A stretch of DNA of 64,000 nt. Origin: Devosia sp. 67-54 (GTDB lineage: Bacteria > Pseudomonadota > Alphaproteobacteria > Rhizobiales > Devosiaceae). Positions 1-11,846 of this stretch are shown here, in pieces. The notes below the pieces were generated by a model that saw only the letters and a list, made by a program, of their open reading frames with translations, was not told where the DNA came from and ran no database searches. The position numbers and the translations under genes were made by a program. Position 1 is the stretch's first letter, and every line of letters starts with the position of its first letter. The stretch is taken from the NCBI RefSeq assembly GCF_001899075.1, contig NZ_MKVA01000002.1, positions 261,468 through 325,467 on the forward strand, written 5' to 3'.

Positions 1-283
1 TCGGGGATGACGCTGACCAGCGGGGCGTCGAGGTCGAGGGCGCCGGTCCCGGCGGCGCGCAGGATGCGCGGGGTGGTGAAGATCACCTTGGTCAGCGAGG
101 CGAGATCGAACCAAATGCCCTCGTGCATCGGGCGGAGGGTGGGCTCGAGCTGCGCCGAGCCGATGGCGCGGACGGCGCGCCGGCCGTCGGCCTCGACGAT
201 GCCGAGGACGCCGCCGGGAATGCGGCCGGCGGCAACGCTGGCGGCGAGCGGCGCGAAGGCGCGCTCGAGGGTGTCGTGGACGC

Positions 284-287
<4 letters not shown>
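1..287 (-). CDS. serine hydrolase, beta-lactamase/transpeptidase-like family (5' part only; gene runs off the window start)
   Basis: Open-ended, so absent from the ORF track. My reverse translation from ATG 287..285 gives MSVHDTLERAFAPLAASVAAGRIPGGVLGIVEADGRRAVRAIGSAQLEPTLRPMHEGIWFDLASLTKVIFTTPRIL, with an SxxK motif (SLTK). ATGA start/stop overlap with the upstream ATPase. GAGGAG Shine-Dalgarno (complement of 293..298). Confidence 0.7.
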
Positions 288-2007
<1,720 letters not shown>

Positions 2008-2011
<4 letters not shown>

Positions 2012-2850
2012 GCCGTCCTCCGTTCGGTGCGCGGATCGAGGATGTCGCGCAGGGCGTCGCCGGTGAGGTTGAAGCCGAGGATGCCGACCATGATGGTGAG
2101 GCCGGGAAAGAACATCAGCCAGGGTGCGTGCTGCATGAGGTTCTTGCTCTCGGAGAGCATGAGGCCGAGCGAGGGGGCGGGCGGCTGCGTACCGAGGCCG
2201 AGAAAGCTGAGCCCGGCTTCGGTGAGCAGGGCCCAGGCGAGGGCGAGGGTCACCTGCACGGTGAGCGGGGCGACGAGGTTGAGCAGCAGGTGGCGGGTGA
2301 GGATGTAGCGCTCGGAGCTGCCGAAGGTGCGGGCGGCGTCGACGAAGTCGCGGCGCTTGAGGCTGAGCGCCGGGCCGCGCACGACACGGGCGAAGATCGG
2401 GGTGTAGACGATGGCGATGGCGGCGACGCTGGTGAAGGTGCCGGGGCCGACGATGGCGATGATCAGCAGCGCCAGGAGAATCGCCGGGAAGGCGAGCAGC
2501 ACGTCCATGATGCGCATCAGCACGCCGTCCCACAGGGAGCCCCACCAGGCGGCAAGGAGGCCGATGACGGTGCCGGCGAGGGTGGCGCCGGCGACCGAGG
2601 CGAAGGCGACGACGAAGCTCTGGCCGATCCCCAGCATCAGCCGGCTGAAGGTGTCGCGGCCGAGCAGGTCGGTGCCCAGCCAATAGGTGGCGTTGGGCGG
2701 CTTCAGCCGGTCGAGGGGGAACTGCTTCAGCGCATTGTGCGGGGTGAGGCCGAGCGCGCCCAGCAGCGCGGCGACGAGATAGACGAGGATGATGGCGGCG
2801 CCGATGCGGCCGCTCGGATGGCGGAACAGGGCGGCGAGCAGGCGCATCAT
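2008..2850 (-). CDS. ABC peptide transporter permease (DppC/OppC-like)
   Basis: Track ORF 2008..3330 trimmed to [25 protein letters not shown] at 2850. [13 protein letters not shown] motif typical of DppC-type permeases, multi-TM hydrophobic profile. ATGA overlap at both ends. Confidence 0.85.
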
Positions 2851-3806
2851 TTGCCCCCGAGACGGATGCGCGGGTCGAGCACGACGTAGAGCAGATCGAC
2901 GATGAGGTTGACGATGAGGAAGTTCATGGCGATGAACAGCACCGTGCCCTGCACCAGCGCGTAATCGCGCTGCGAGATGGCGTCGAGCACCAGGCGGCCG
3001 AGGCCGGGCAGGGCGAAGACCTGCTCGACGATGACGGCGCCGCCGAGCAGGTAGCCGAACTCGACGCCCGAAAGCGTCACCACCGGGATCAGGGCGTTGG
3101 GCAATGCATGGCCCCAGACGACGCTGCGCTGCGAGGCGCCCTTGGAGCGGGCGGTGCGGATGTAGTCGTCGCTCAGCACGTCGAGCATGGCCGAGCGCGA
3201 GATGCGCGTCACCGAGGCGGCGAAGGCGAAGCCGAGGGTGATGGCGGGAAAGATCATCTGGCCGAGATTGGCCAGCGGATCGACATTGAGCGGCGTGAAG
3301 GTGCCCATGGTGGGGACGATGCCGAACCACACCGAGAGCAGATAGATGATGAGCAGGCCGAGCACGAAGCTGGGCGTCGACTGGCCGAGCATGGCGAGGA
3401 TGCGCACCATGAGGTCGCTCGGGCGCTCGTTGCGGGTGGCGGCGAGCACGCCGAGCGGAATGCCGGTCAGGAGCGCGATGAGCATCGACAGCAGCGCCAG
3501 CTCGAGGGTGAGCGGGAAGCGGTCGAGGATGATCTGCAGCACCGGCTTGCCGTAGGTGGCGGAGATGCCGAGATCGCCATGCAGCAGACCGGCGGCCCAG
3601 CGGAAATATTGCGTGGTGACGGGCTGGTCGATGCCGAAATAGGCGGCGAGCGAGGCGCGCTGGGCCGGGGTGAGCAGCCCGGCCTCGGTGCCGAGCATCG
3701 CGGTGATGGCATCGCCCGGGATCATGCGGATGGCGACGAAGACGAGGATGGAGACGCCGAGCAGGATCAGCGGAAACGTCAGCAGGCGTTGCGCGACATA
3801 GCTCAT
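2847..3806 (-). CDS. ABC peptide transporter permease (DppB/OppB-like)
   Basis: Track ORF 2847..4016 trimmed to the ATG at 3806 (MSYVAQRLLTFPLILLGVSILVFVAIRMIPGD), a typical DppB N-terminus. The upstream part of the track ORF is REP sequence. Confidence 0.85.
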   Translation of the reverse strand: MSYVAQRLLTFPLILLGVSILVFVAIRMIPGDAITAMLGTEAGLLTPAQRASLAAYFGIDQPVTTQYFRWAAGLLHGDLGISATYGKPVLQIILDRFPLTLELALLSMLIALLTGIPLGVLAATRNERPSDLMVRILAMLGQSTPSFVLGLLIIYLLSVWFGIVPTMGTFTPLNVDPLANLGQMIFPAITLGFAFAASVTRISRSAMLDVLSDDYIRTARSKGASQRSVVWGHALPNALIPVVTLSGVEFGYLLGGAVIVEQVFALPGLGRLVLDAISQRDYALVQGTVLFIAMNFLIVNLIVDLLYVVLDPRIRLGGK

Positions 3807-3845
3807 GAGCCAGGCTTCCTGAGTGACACCGACCTTTGGGCTGGT

Positions 3846-3948
3846 GCTCCCCTCCCCCCTGCGGGGAGGGGCCGGGGGTGGGGGCAGATTGCGCCGCCGG
3901 TGGTTGTGGCCCCCACCCCCAACCCCTCCCCGCAGGGGGGAGGGGGGT
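3846..3948. repeat. inverted pair of family-A GC-rich palindromic intergenic units (REP-like)
   Basis: 3846..3885 is the reverse complement of the unit GTGGCCCCCACCCCCGGCCCCTCCCCGCAGGGGGGAGGGGGGC. 3906..3948 is a forward copy. Confidence 0.85.
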
Positions 3949-3965
3949 GCGGACAGCGGTGGTCG

Positions 3966-4036
3966 GGGCTCCCCCTCCACCGCCTGCGGCGGTCCCCTCC
4001 CCCGTGCCTGCGGCACAGGGGAGGATTCCCGACTGC
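3966..4036. repeat. family-C GC-rich repeat unit
   Basis: CCCCCTCCACC...GGTCCCCTCCCCCGT...GGGGAGGATTCCCGACTG. Related copies at about 28386..28440 (reverse) and 28480..28541 (forward). Confidence 0.7.
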
Positions 4037-4041
4037 CGGGC

Positions 4042-5562
4042 TTAGTCGATGGTCACCTTGGCGAGGCCGAACAGGGTGCCGGTGGGGGAGCCGACGAAGC
4101 CGTGCACGGTCTTGAGCTGGGCGGTGTAGCCGTAGCCGGTCGACAGCCAGATCCACGGCGACTGTTCGACCAGATGCTGCTCGAATTTGTGGAAGATGTC
4201 GACGCGCTTGGCCGGGTCGGTTTCGGCCTGGCCCTGCTTCATCAGGCTGTCGAGCGTATCGTCGACGAAGTTGGAGACCTTGAGCAGATTGCCGTCCTTG
4301 GTGAAGTAGCGGTTGTACATCGGGTAGGGGTCGGGACGGCCGCCATTGAGGGCCACGGCCATGTCGAAATCACCCTTGAGCCAGGTGTCGACATAGACCT
4401 TGAGCTCCATCATCTTGATGTCGAGCTTGACGCCGATCTGGGCGAGCTGGCTCTGCAGCACCTGCGCCTCGTTGGCGGCGTAGGGCGGCTCGCCGGTGGC
4501 GGCGATGACGCTGGCCGTAAAGCCGTCGGGCGAGCTCGACTCCTTCATCAGCTGCTTGGCCTTGTCCAGGTCGGGCTTGTAGCAGAACAGCGTGCTCGGA
4601 TCCTCGGCGAAGCTCGGCATGGTCAGCGGGCCGGTGACCTGGCCCTCGCCGGCGAGCGCGGTGTCGATGACCTGCTGGCGGTCGACGGCGCAGGAGATGG
4701 CCTGGCGGACCTTGAGGTCGTCCATCGGCTTGCGCGACGGGTTGAGCTGCAGCACGTTGTAGGCGAGGCCGGGCACGCGGTTGAGCTGCATGTTGGCTTC
4801 GGCGGGCACCAGCGTGGCGACCAGCGGGTCGTTGAGCAGCGCGAAGTCGGTCTGGCCGGCGCGCAGCGAGGCGAGGATGGCGGTCTCGTCGGGCAGCACC
4901 GAGATGGTGATGCCGTCGAGGCCGGGCTTGCCGCCGGCCCAGTCGGCATTGGCGCTCAGCACTTCCTTGGAATTGGGGTCCCAGCTGTCGAGCTTGAACG
5001 GGCCGGAGCCGATGGCCTTGGTGCCGATGCTGCCGGCGGTGATCTCGCTGGCGGGCACGATGGCGGCGTTGACGGTGGCCATGGCGACCAGGATCGGCGC
5101 GTCGGAGGTCTTGAGGTGGAACACCACCGTCTCCGGATCGGGCGTGTCGATGGTGTCGATGGAGAGGAAGTTCGAGCGGGCGGCGGCGGCGGTCGCCTCG
5201 TCGAGGATGCGGGTGAAGGAGGCCTTCACGTCGGCGGAGGTGACCTGGGCGCCGTTGGTGAACTTGGCCTTGGGGTCGAGCTTGAAGGTCAGCGTCTTGC
5301 CGTCGGCGGCGAAATCCCAGCTCGCGGCGATGGCGGGCACGACGTTGAGCTTTTCGTCGAGGCGCACCAGCGGCTCGTAGATCAGCTCGAGCAGGCGCAG
5401 CGAGGAGAACGCCGTCTGCTTGTGCGGATCGAGGCCGGTCGCGTCCTGCGACCAGGCCATGCGCAGGCTCGCCGCCTCGACGGGCAGCGCGAGCGCGACG
5501 GTGGAGAGCGTGGTGGCGACGGCGAGGCCGGCCAGCAGGCGTTTGGTGTTGGTCCAGTGCAT
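4042..5562 (-). CDS. ABC transporter substrate-binding protein, family 5 (DppA/OppA-like), with signal peptide
   Basis: Full 506-aa ORF. N-terminal signal MHWTNTKRLLAGLAVATTLSTVALALPVEA and family-5 SBP-like sequence throughout. Confidence 0.9.
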   Translation of the reverse strand: MHWTNTKRLLAGLAVATTLSTVALALPVEAASLRMAWSQDATGLDPHKQTAFSSLRLLELIYEPLVRLDEKLNVVPAIAASWDFAADGKTLTFKLDPKAKFTNGAQVTSADVKASFTRILDEATAAAARSNFLSIDTIDTPDPETVVFHLKTSDAPILVAMATVNAAIVPASEITAGSIGTKAIGSGPFKLDSWDPNSKEVLSANADWAGGKPGLDGITISVLPDETAILASLRAGQTDFALLNDPLVATLVPAEANMQLNRVPGLAYNVLQLNPSRKPMDDLKVRQAISCAVDRQQVIDTALAGEGQVTGPLTMPSFAEDPSTLFCYKPDLDKAKQLMKESSSPDGFTASVIAATGEPPYAANEAQVLQSQLAQIGVKLDIKMMELKVYVDTWLKGDFDMAVALNGGRPDPYPMYNRYFTKDGNLLKVSNFVDDTLDSLMKQGQAETDPAKRVDIFHKFEQHLVEQSPWIWLSTGYGYTAQLKTVHGFVGSPTGTLFGLAKVTID

Positions 5563-5661
5563 CGGTTTGTTCCCTCGTTGTTGTTGGTGCCGCCAGCTAG
5601 GTGCGGCGCGTGGTCGTCATTCGCCCGGACCCGCGATGCGGGTGCGGGAAAGGGTGGCCGC

Positions 5662-6600
5662 TCATGCGGCGTCGCCGGCGAGCGTGCGGCGGAGGAAGCC
5701 GCCGGCCGCCGCGAGCTCCTGCCGCGCCGCCTCGACCGGCTTGCCGGTGAGGGTCACGAGGATGGCGAGCTTGACGTCGTTGCCGGTGGCGGCGAGCGCC
5801 TGCTCGGCGGCCTCGGGGGTGCAGCCGGTCGCCTGCATGACGATGCGGACGGCGCGGGCCAGCAGCTTGGCGTTGCTGATGTGCAGATCGACCATCAGGT
5901 TCTGGTAGCTCTTGCCGGTGCGGATCATGCTGGCGGTGGTCAGCATGTTGAGCACGAGCTTCTGCGCCGTGCCGGATTTGAGCCGGGTGGAGCCGGTCAG
6001 CACTTCCGGGCCGACCACCGGGGCGATCGAGATGTCGGCCATGCGGGCGATGGGCGAGCCGGGATTGCAGGTGAGGCCGACGGCGACGGCGCCGGTGGCT
6101 TTGGCATAATCGAGCGCGCCGATGACGTAGGGGGTGCGGCCGCTGACGGCGATGCCGACGACGACGTCGCGGGCGGCAAGGCCGATGCGCTCGAGGTCGG
6201 CGCGGCCGGCTTCGGCGCGGTCCTCGGCGCCCTCGCTGGCATTGACCAGCGCGTCGAGGCCGCCGGCGATGAGGCCGACGACGAGGCCGGGCGGCGTGCC
6301 GAAGGTCGGCGGGCATTCGGAGGCGTCGAGCACGCCGAGGCGGCCGGAGGTGCCGGCGCCGATGTAGACGAGGCGGCCGCCCTTGCCGAAGGCGGCGACG
6401 ATGGCGTCGACGGCGCGCGCCACTTCGGGCAGCACCTTGCCGACGGCGTCGGGGACGAGGTGGTCCTCGGCGTTGATGGTCTTGAGGATGTCGGGCGTCG
6501 ACATCAGGTCGATGCCCATGGAATGGGGATTGCGCCGCTCGGAGACGAGCGTGTCGAGCTCCGACAGCAAGGCCCGGCGATGGTCGGTCGAACTGGTCAC
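5662..6600 (-). CDS. murQ: N-acetylmuramic acid 6-phosphate etherase
   Basis: 312-aa ORF. Strong recalled similarity to E. coli MurQ: [68 protein letters not shown]. Confidence 0.92.
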   Translation of the reverse strand: MTSSTDHRRALLSELDTLVSERRNPHSMGIDLMSTPDILKTINAEDHLVPDAVGKVLPEVARAVDAIVAAFGKGGRLVYIGAGTSGRLGVLDASECPPTFGTPPGLVVGLIAGGLDALVNASEGAEDRAEAGRADLERIGLAARDVVVGIAVSGRTPYVIGALDYAKATGAVAVGLTCNPGSPIARMADISIAPVVGPEVLTGSTRLKSGTAQKLVLNMLTTASMIRTGKSYQNLMVDLHISNAKLLARAVRIVMQATGCTPEAAEQALAATGNDVKLAILVTLTGKPVEAARQELAAAGGFLRRTLAGDAA

Positions 6601-6683
6601 GCGCGGCCCCGGCGGTGGAAAATCTCAGCCGCCCGAGCGTATCGGTCCGGTGGGTGGTGTCAACGATTTTCGCTCTGTGCTAG

Positions 6684-6696
6684 AAAGTTGCACTTT
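6684..6696. promoter_or_regulatory. short inverted repeat AAAGT-TGC-ACTTT in the murQ / RpiR divergent region
   Basis: 5-bp arms, 16 nt upstream of the regulator ATG. A weak candidate operator. Confidence 0.25.
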
Positions 6697-6711
6697 TGTT
6701 TCGAGGGCGGC

Positions 6712-7566
6712 ATGGGACTGCAGTCGAGGATCGAGGCGGCGGCGCCCGGGCTGGCGCCGGCCATGCGGCGGATCGCCGAGGCGCTGCGGCAGAACCCGGC
6801 GATCGTGCTCGAACAGACCATCTCGGAGCTGGCGGCGAGCTGCGACACGTCGGTGGCCTCGGTGGTGCGGTTCTGCCGGGCGCTGGGACTATCCGGCTAT
6901 GCCGAGCTGCGGATGGCGCTGGCCACCGAGATCGGCAAGGAATCGGCGCGCTTCGGCTCGGCGCTGACGCTGGGCGCCGAGATCGCGCAGTCGGACAGCC
7001 TCGAGGACATGGCGGCCAAGGTGGCGTCGCTCGAAATGCTGGCGATCGAGGAGACGGTGGCGGCGCTGGATTTCAAGGCGCTGGGGCGGATCGTCATGGC
7101 GCTCGACACGGCGCAGCGCATCCTGCTGTTCGGCATCGGCGCCAGCCAGTTCGTGGCGCAGGATCTGCACCACAAGCTGTTCCGCATCGGGCGCAACGCC
7201 TTCCTGATGTCGGACACGCACGAGGCGTGGACGGCGGCGCTGCTGTCGCCGCCCGACACGGTGGCGCTGGCGTTCTCGCATTCGGGCGCCACGGCGGACA
7301 CGGTGCGCTATCTCGAGATTGCCAAGGAGAACGGCGCGCGCACGGTGGCGATCACCGGCACGCCGGACTCGGCGCTGAGCCGCATGGCGCACGAGACGAT
7401 CATCACGCATGCGCGCGAGAGTACGCTCAGGGCCGGCGCCATGGTCAGCCGCATCGCGCAGCTGGCGGTGGTCGACTGCCTGTTCCTGGGGCTGGCGCGG
7501 ACGCGCTACGACGAGACCCTGGTGGCGCTGCAGCGGACACGGGACGTGACGCATCCGGGGCGGTGA
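6712..7566 (+). CDS. RpiR/MurR-family transcriptional regulator (HTH + SIS domain)
   Basis: In-frame ATG at 6712 inside the artefactual ORF 3823..7566. MGLQSRIEAAAPGLAPAMRRIAEALRQNPAIVLEQTISELAASCDTSVASVVRFCRALGLSGY. Divergent from murQ. Confidence 0.88.
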   Translation: MGLQSRIEAAAPGLAPAMRRIAEALRQNPAIVLEQTISELAASCDTSVASVVRFCRALGLSGYAELRMALATEIGKESARFGSALTLGAEIAQSDSLEDMAAKVASLEMLAIEETVAALDFKALGRIVMALDTAQRILLFGIGASQFVAQDLHHKLFRIGRNAFLMSDTHEAWTAALLSPPDTVALAFSHSGATADTVRYLEIAKENGARTVAITGTPDSALSRMAHETIITHARESTLRAGAMVSRIAQLAVVDCLFLGLARTRYDETLVALQRTRDVTHPGR

Positions 7567-7635
7567 GGGGACGTGCGGCCGGTGCGCCTCGAACGCTGGT
7601 CCGTGCTTGGGAGGAAAGCTGAGTCGCTAGTGCGT

Positions 7636-7678
7636 GTGGCCCCCACCCCCGGCCCCTCCCCGCAAGGGGGAGGGGGCC
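7636..7678 (+). repeat. family-A REP-like unit
   Basis: GTGGCCCCCACCCCCGGCCCCTCCCCGCAAGGGGGAGGGGGCC, downstream of the RpiR regulator. Confidence 0.85.
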
Positions 7679-7704
7679 GACTGCTATGTCGGCGATGGGC
7701 GGGG

Positions 7705-8547
7705 CTAGTTGGCCTGTTGCGTGCGGGCGCGGGCGACGATCTGGGTGGGGTTGACGAAGCGGAGGGCGAGCAGCAGCCAGACCAGCGTGGTGACCATGTA
7801 GATCACCGCCATGGCGTCGACCGACTGCACGGCGCGCACGCCGGGGGCGAATACCGAGTAGTAGAGCACCACCACCAGCGTCTGGCTGGTCGGGCCGGCG
7901 GCGAGGAAGGTGAGCTCGAACATGGCGATGGTGCGCACCAGCACGAGGAGCAGCGCGGCGAGGATGCCGGGAAGCAGCATGGGCAGCAGCACGTAGAGGA
8001 ACAGGCGGAAGGTGCCGGCGCCGAAGACGCGGGCGGCGGCCTCGACCTTGGGGTCGATCTGCTCGATGAAGGGGATCATCACCAGCACCACGAAGGGCAC
8101 GGTGGGCACGAGGTTGGCCAGCACCACGCCCCAGAAGGTGCCGCCGACGCCCGACTGGTAGAGCACGGTGGCCATGGGAATGCCGTAGGTGATGGGCGGC
8201 ACCAGGAGCGGCAGCAGGAACAGCAGCATCACCACCCGCTTGCCGGGAAAGTCGCGGCGCGCCATGGCGTAGGCGGCGGTGACGCCGAGCAGGCCGGCGA
8301 GCAGCACGACGGTGAAGACGATCTCGAAGGTGACGACCAGCACCTGGCCGAGCTGGAACTCGCTCCAGGCGGAGCTGTACCATTTGGTGGTGAGCCCGAC
8401 CGGCAGCCAGGTGCCGAGCCAGCGCGTGGCGAAGCTGTCGATGATCACGGTGGCGATCATGGCGAGCAGGTTGAGCACGAAGAAGCCGACCACCACCCAG
8501 ACCGCGGTGGTCCACAGGCGGGCGCCGATGCTGGTGTCGCGGATCAT
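7705..8547 (-). CDS. ABC transporter permease (PotC-like)
   Basis: Track ORF 7705..9300 trimmed to the ATG at 8547 (MIRDTSIGARLWTTAVWVVVGFFVLNLL...). Multi-TM. ATGA overlap with the upstream permease. Confidence 0.85.
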   Translation of the reverse strand: MIRDTSIGARLWTTAVWVVVGFFVLNLLAMIATVIIDSFATRWLGTWLPVGLTTKWYSSAWSEFQLGQVLVVTFEIVFTVVLLAGLLGVTAAYAMARRDFPGKRVVMLLFLLPLLVPPITYGIPMATVLYQSGVGGTFWGVVLANLVPTVPFVVLVMIPFIEQIDPKVEAAARVFGAGTFRLFLYVLLPMLLPGILAALLLVLVRTIAMFELTFLAAGPTSQTLVVVLYYSVFAPGVRAVQSVDAMAVIYMVTTLVWLLLALRFVNPTQIVARARTQQAN

Positions 8548-9434
8548 CCCTTGCCTCCCGAGGTGGAGCCCCGGTAGAACATGTTTCTTCCGGCGAGCAC
8601 GAGGACGACCACGACGAGCTGCACGGCGGCCATGATCATGGCGATGGCCGAGGCCATGGAGTAGTCGTATTTCTCGAACGCGGCCTGGTAGGCGGCGATG
8701 GAGATGACGCGGGTCGGCCCGGCCGGCGCGCCGACCAGCACGGCGGAGGGAAACACCGCAAAGCTCTGCACGAAGGACAGCAGGAACGAGATGGCGAGGC
8801 CGGGCACCAGCAGCGGCAGGAAGATGTGGCGGAAGCGCTGCCAGGCGCTGGCGCCGAGCGTCGCGCCGGCCTGCTCCAGCGCCGGATCGATGCCGGTGAC
8901 GTAGCTGAGGGTGAGCAGGAAGGTGAAGGGGAAGCCGGTGATGAGGATCGAGGCGAACACGCCCCAGTAATTGTGGGTGAGCCGCACCGGGCCGCCGGTC
9001 AGATGCAGGAACATCAGGGTGCGGCTGAACCAGCCCTGCGGGCCGAGATAGTTGAGCAGGCCCTGAGCGATGAGCACGGTGCCGAGCGTGATCGGCAGCA
9101 CGAGGATGGTGGTCAGCAGCCGCTGCCGCCGCATCAGGCGGACGCGGAAGGCGACCGGGATGGCGACCAGCAGGCTGATGACGGTCACCGGCAGGGCCAG
9201 CGCCAGCGTGGTCCAGATGGTGTTGTACTGGAACGGATCGGAGAAGAAGGCGGCGTAGTTGCTGAACCACGGGCCGGCCTTGGGGGCAAAGCTCAGCCAC
9301 AGGCCGTAGAGGAAGGGATAGACGAACACCGCCAGCAAAAACAGCAGCGCCGGAGCGATCAGCAGCGTGGTGCCGTCGAGGCCGCGGAGGGCGAGGCGGC
9401 GGCGGAGCGAGACCGGGGCGTCGGGGGTGCTCAC
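8544..9434 (-). CDS. ABC transporter permease (PotB-like)
   Basis: 296-aa ORF, multi-TM. Its start overlaps the stop of the ATPase gene (9431..9434). Confidence 0.85.
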   Translation of the reverse strand: MSTPDAPVSLRRRLALRGLDGTTLLIAPALLFLLAVFVYPFLYGLWLSFAPKAGPWFSNYAAFFSDPFQYNTIWTTLALALPVTVISLLVAIPVAFRVRLMRRQRLLTTILVLPITLGTVLIAQGLLNYLGPQGWFSRTLMFLHLTGGPVRLTHNYWGVFASILITGFPFTFLLTLSYVTGIDPALEQAGATLGASAWQRFRHIFLPLLVPGLAISFLLSFVQSFAVFPSAVLVGAPAGPTRVISIAAYQAAFEKYDYSMASAIAMIMAAVQLVVVVLVLAGRNMFYRGSTSGGKG

Positions 9435-10495
9435 GACGCGGCCCTGAAGACGAGGGCGCGGGCCGGATCGGGCGCGAGGGTCACGGTGGCGCCGGTGTCG
9501 AGCCGGGTGTCGGAGTGGAACACCAGCTCGCTGTCGTCGCCGGTGCGGGCGAGGCCGACGAATTCGCGGCCGCGATATTCGACGCTCTCGACGGTGGCGC
9601 CGAGGCCGGCGGCGGCGAGCGCCAGATCGTCGGGCCGGGCCACCAGCATGGCCGCATCGCCGGGCCCGAGGCCGGCGCCGGCGCGGCCGACGAGGCGGGC
9701 GTCGCCGACGGCGATGGTGGCGCGGCCGTTGTCGATGGCGGTGACGGTGCCGGCAATGCGGTTGCGGAAGCCCATGAATTCGGCGACGTCGAGGCTGGCC
9801 GGGCTGTCGTAGAGCTCTTCCGGGCGGCCGACCTGGCGGATCTGGCCGTCGCGCATGACCACGACGCGGTCGGCGAGCGACAGCGCTTCGTCCTGGTCGT
9901 GGGTGACGTAGATGGTGGTGGCGCCGAGCTGGTTGTGGATGCGGCGGATTTCGGCGCGCATTTCGAGGCGCAGCTTGGCGTCGAGATTGCTGAGCGGCTC
10001 GTCCATCAGCACCAAAGCCGGCTCGATGACGATGGCGCGGGCGATGGCGACGCGCTGCTGCTGGCCGCCGGAGAGCTGGCCGGGCAGCTTGTCGCCCTGG
10101 TTGCCGAGGCGCACCAGCTCGAGGGCGGCATCGATGCGGCGGTCGGCGTCGGCGCGGGGCACGCCGCGCATCTTCAGGCCGAAGCCGACATTGTCGCGCA
10201 CCTTCATGTGCGGGAACAAAGCGTAGTTCTGGAACACCATGCCGAAGCCGCGATCCTCGGGCTTCAATTCGTCGATGCGCCTGTCATCGAGCGAGATGGC
10301 GCCGCCAGTGATGGCGAGCAGGCCGGCGATGCAGTTGAGGGCGGTGGACTTGCCGCAGCCGGAAGGGCCGAGCAGGGCGATGAACTCGCCGCGGCCGATG
10401 TCGAGCGACACTTCGCGCAGCGCGTTGAAGCTGCCGAAGGCGCGGCTGACGCGATCGAGGCGGATCTGCTGGAACGGCGACGAGGCGCTGTGCAC
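9431..10495 (-). CDS. ABC transporter ATP-binding protein (PotA/MalK-like single domain)
   Basis: Walker [10 protein letters not shown], signature LSGGQQQR, Walker [13 protein letters not shown]. Start uncertain: GTG at 10495 ([14 protein letters not shown]), or an upstream TTG. Confidence 0.85.
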   Translation of the reverse strand: MHSASSPFQQIRLDRVSRAFGSFNALREVSLDIGRGEFIALLGPSGCGKSTALNCIAGLLAITGGAISLDDRRIDELKPEDRGFGMVFQNYALFPHMKVRDNVGFGLKMRGVPRADADRRIDAALELVRLGNQGDKLPGQLSGGQQQRVAIARAIVIEPALVLMDEPLSNLDAKLRLEMRAEIRRIHNQLGATTIYVTHDQDEALSLADRVVVMRDGQIRQVGRPEELYDSPASLDVAEFMGFRNRIAGTVTAIDNGRATIAVGDARLVGRAGAGLGPGDAAMLVARPDDLALAAAGLGATVESVEYRGREFVGLARTGDDSELVFHSDTRLDTGATVTLAPDPARALVFRAAS

Positions 10496-10590
10496 GATGA
10501 AAGATACCTTGTCGCGGGACAGGATGGTTCGCAAGCTCGATGTCGGGGGCGGCACGGAGCGCCGCGCCACCCCCGTCGGCAGAGAAGCAA

Positions 10591-11784
10591 TTACTTCTTG
10601 ATCTGGTCGCCGCCGATCTTCTTGTCCCAGAGGTCGAAGGCCTTGACCATGGTCAGCGGGTCGAGCGGCACCTCGATCGGGTTGTTGGCGATCCAGTCGG
10701 CATATTCGGGGCGGCCGAACTGCTTGATGGCGTCCTGGCTCTCCTGCGGGGCCATGGTGATCGGCACATCCTTGACCGCCGGGCCGGGATAGAAATAGCC
10801 CTCGTCGTAGGTGTAGGCCTGCGCCTCGGGCGTCAGCATGTAGCTCATCAGGTTGAGCAGCACGGCGAGCTTGTCGTCGCTGATGCCCTTGGGGACGATC
10901 ATGTAGTGGGCGTCGGCGACCCAGTGGAAGCCGTCGATCTTGCCGACCTTGGCCTCCTCCGGCACGGTGCCGAGGACGCGCGGGTTGATGTCCCAGCCGG
11001 TGGTGGTGACGGTCATGGCGCGGGTGCCCTCGCCGAGCTCCTTCATCAGCGCGCCGGTGCCGGTGGTGTAGTACTCGATGTACTTGCCGAGCTCCTGCAG
11101 ATAGGCCCAGGTCTTGTCCCAGCCCTTCTCGGGATCCATCGGGTCCTTGTCGCCCAGGATGTAGGGCAGGCCCATGATGAAGGTGCGGCCGGGGCCGGAA
11201 TTGGCCGGGCGGGCGTAGATGAATTTGTTGGGGTTGGCCTTGGCCCAGTCGAGCAGGGCCTGGGCGGTCTTGGGCACGTCGGCCTCGGCCACCTGGTCGG
11301 GCATGTATTCGAGCAGCGGGCCCGAGGGATAGTAGGTGACGGTGACGCCGTAGCCCTGGCTCAGCGCCTGCATCTTGTTGGCGGCCGGCAGGTAGATGTC
11401 GTCGAGCTTGGGCAGCGCGTCGGCATGATCGGGGACCAGCTTGACCCAGAGGTCCTGCGCGATGCCGGCGCTGAGCGCGTCGGTGCCGGACAGCACCATG
11501 TCGATGTCGAGACGGCCGGCATCCTGCTCGGCCTTGATCTTGCCGGGCAGCTCGGGCGAGGTCGCCTTGTTGAAGGTGATGGCCGAGACCAGCTTGGGAT
11601 TGGCGGCCGCATAGGCCTCCATCGCCTTCTGCGTCAGCGCCAGATTGCCGGCGACGTCGATGATGTTGAGCGCGACCGGGGCGCTGGGCAGCGCCGGGCT
11701 GGCGCCGAAGGCACGGGTTGCGGCCGGCAGAGCGGCCAAGGCGCCGAGACCCGCCAGGGTCTGGCGGCGTGTGAATCTGATCAT
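10591..11784 (-). CDS. ABC transporter substrate-binding protein (family 1, PotD/PotF-like), twin-arginine-type signal
   Basis: 397-aa ORF. MIRFTRRQTLAGLGALAALPAATRAFG looks like a Tat signal. First gene of the SBP-ATPase-permease-permease operon. Confidence 0.85.
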   Translation of the reverse strand: MIRFTRRQTLAGLGALAALPAATRAFGASPALPSAPVALNIIDVAGNLALTQKAMEAYAAANPKLVSAITFNKATSPELPGKIKAEQDAGRLDIDMVLSGTDALSAGIAQDLWVKLVPDHADALPKLDDIYLPAANKMQALSQGYGVTVTYYPSGPLLEYMPDQVAEADVPKTAQALLDWAKANPNKFIYARPANSGPGRTFIMGLPYILGDKDPMDPEKGWDKTWAYLQELGKYIEYYTTGTGALMKELGEGTRAMTVTTTGWDINPRVLGTVPEEAKVGKIDGFHWVADAHYMIVPKGISDDKLAVLLNLMSYMLTPEAQAYTYDEGYFYPGPAVKDVPITMAPQESQDAIKQFGRPEYADWIANNPIEVPLDPLTMVKAFDLWDKKIGGDQIKK

Positions 11785-11846
11785 AATGTCCTCCCTTTGC
11801 GGGACGCGACCGCAAAATGCCGGACGGCGCCCTTACGCGCTTGCAT

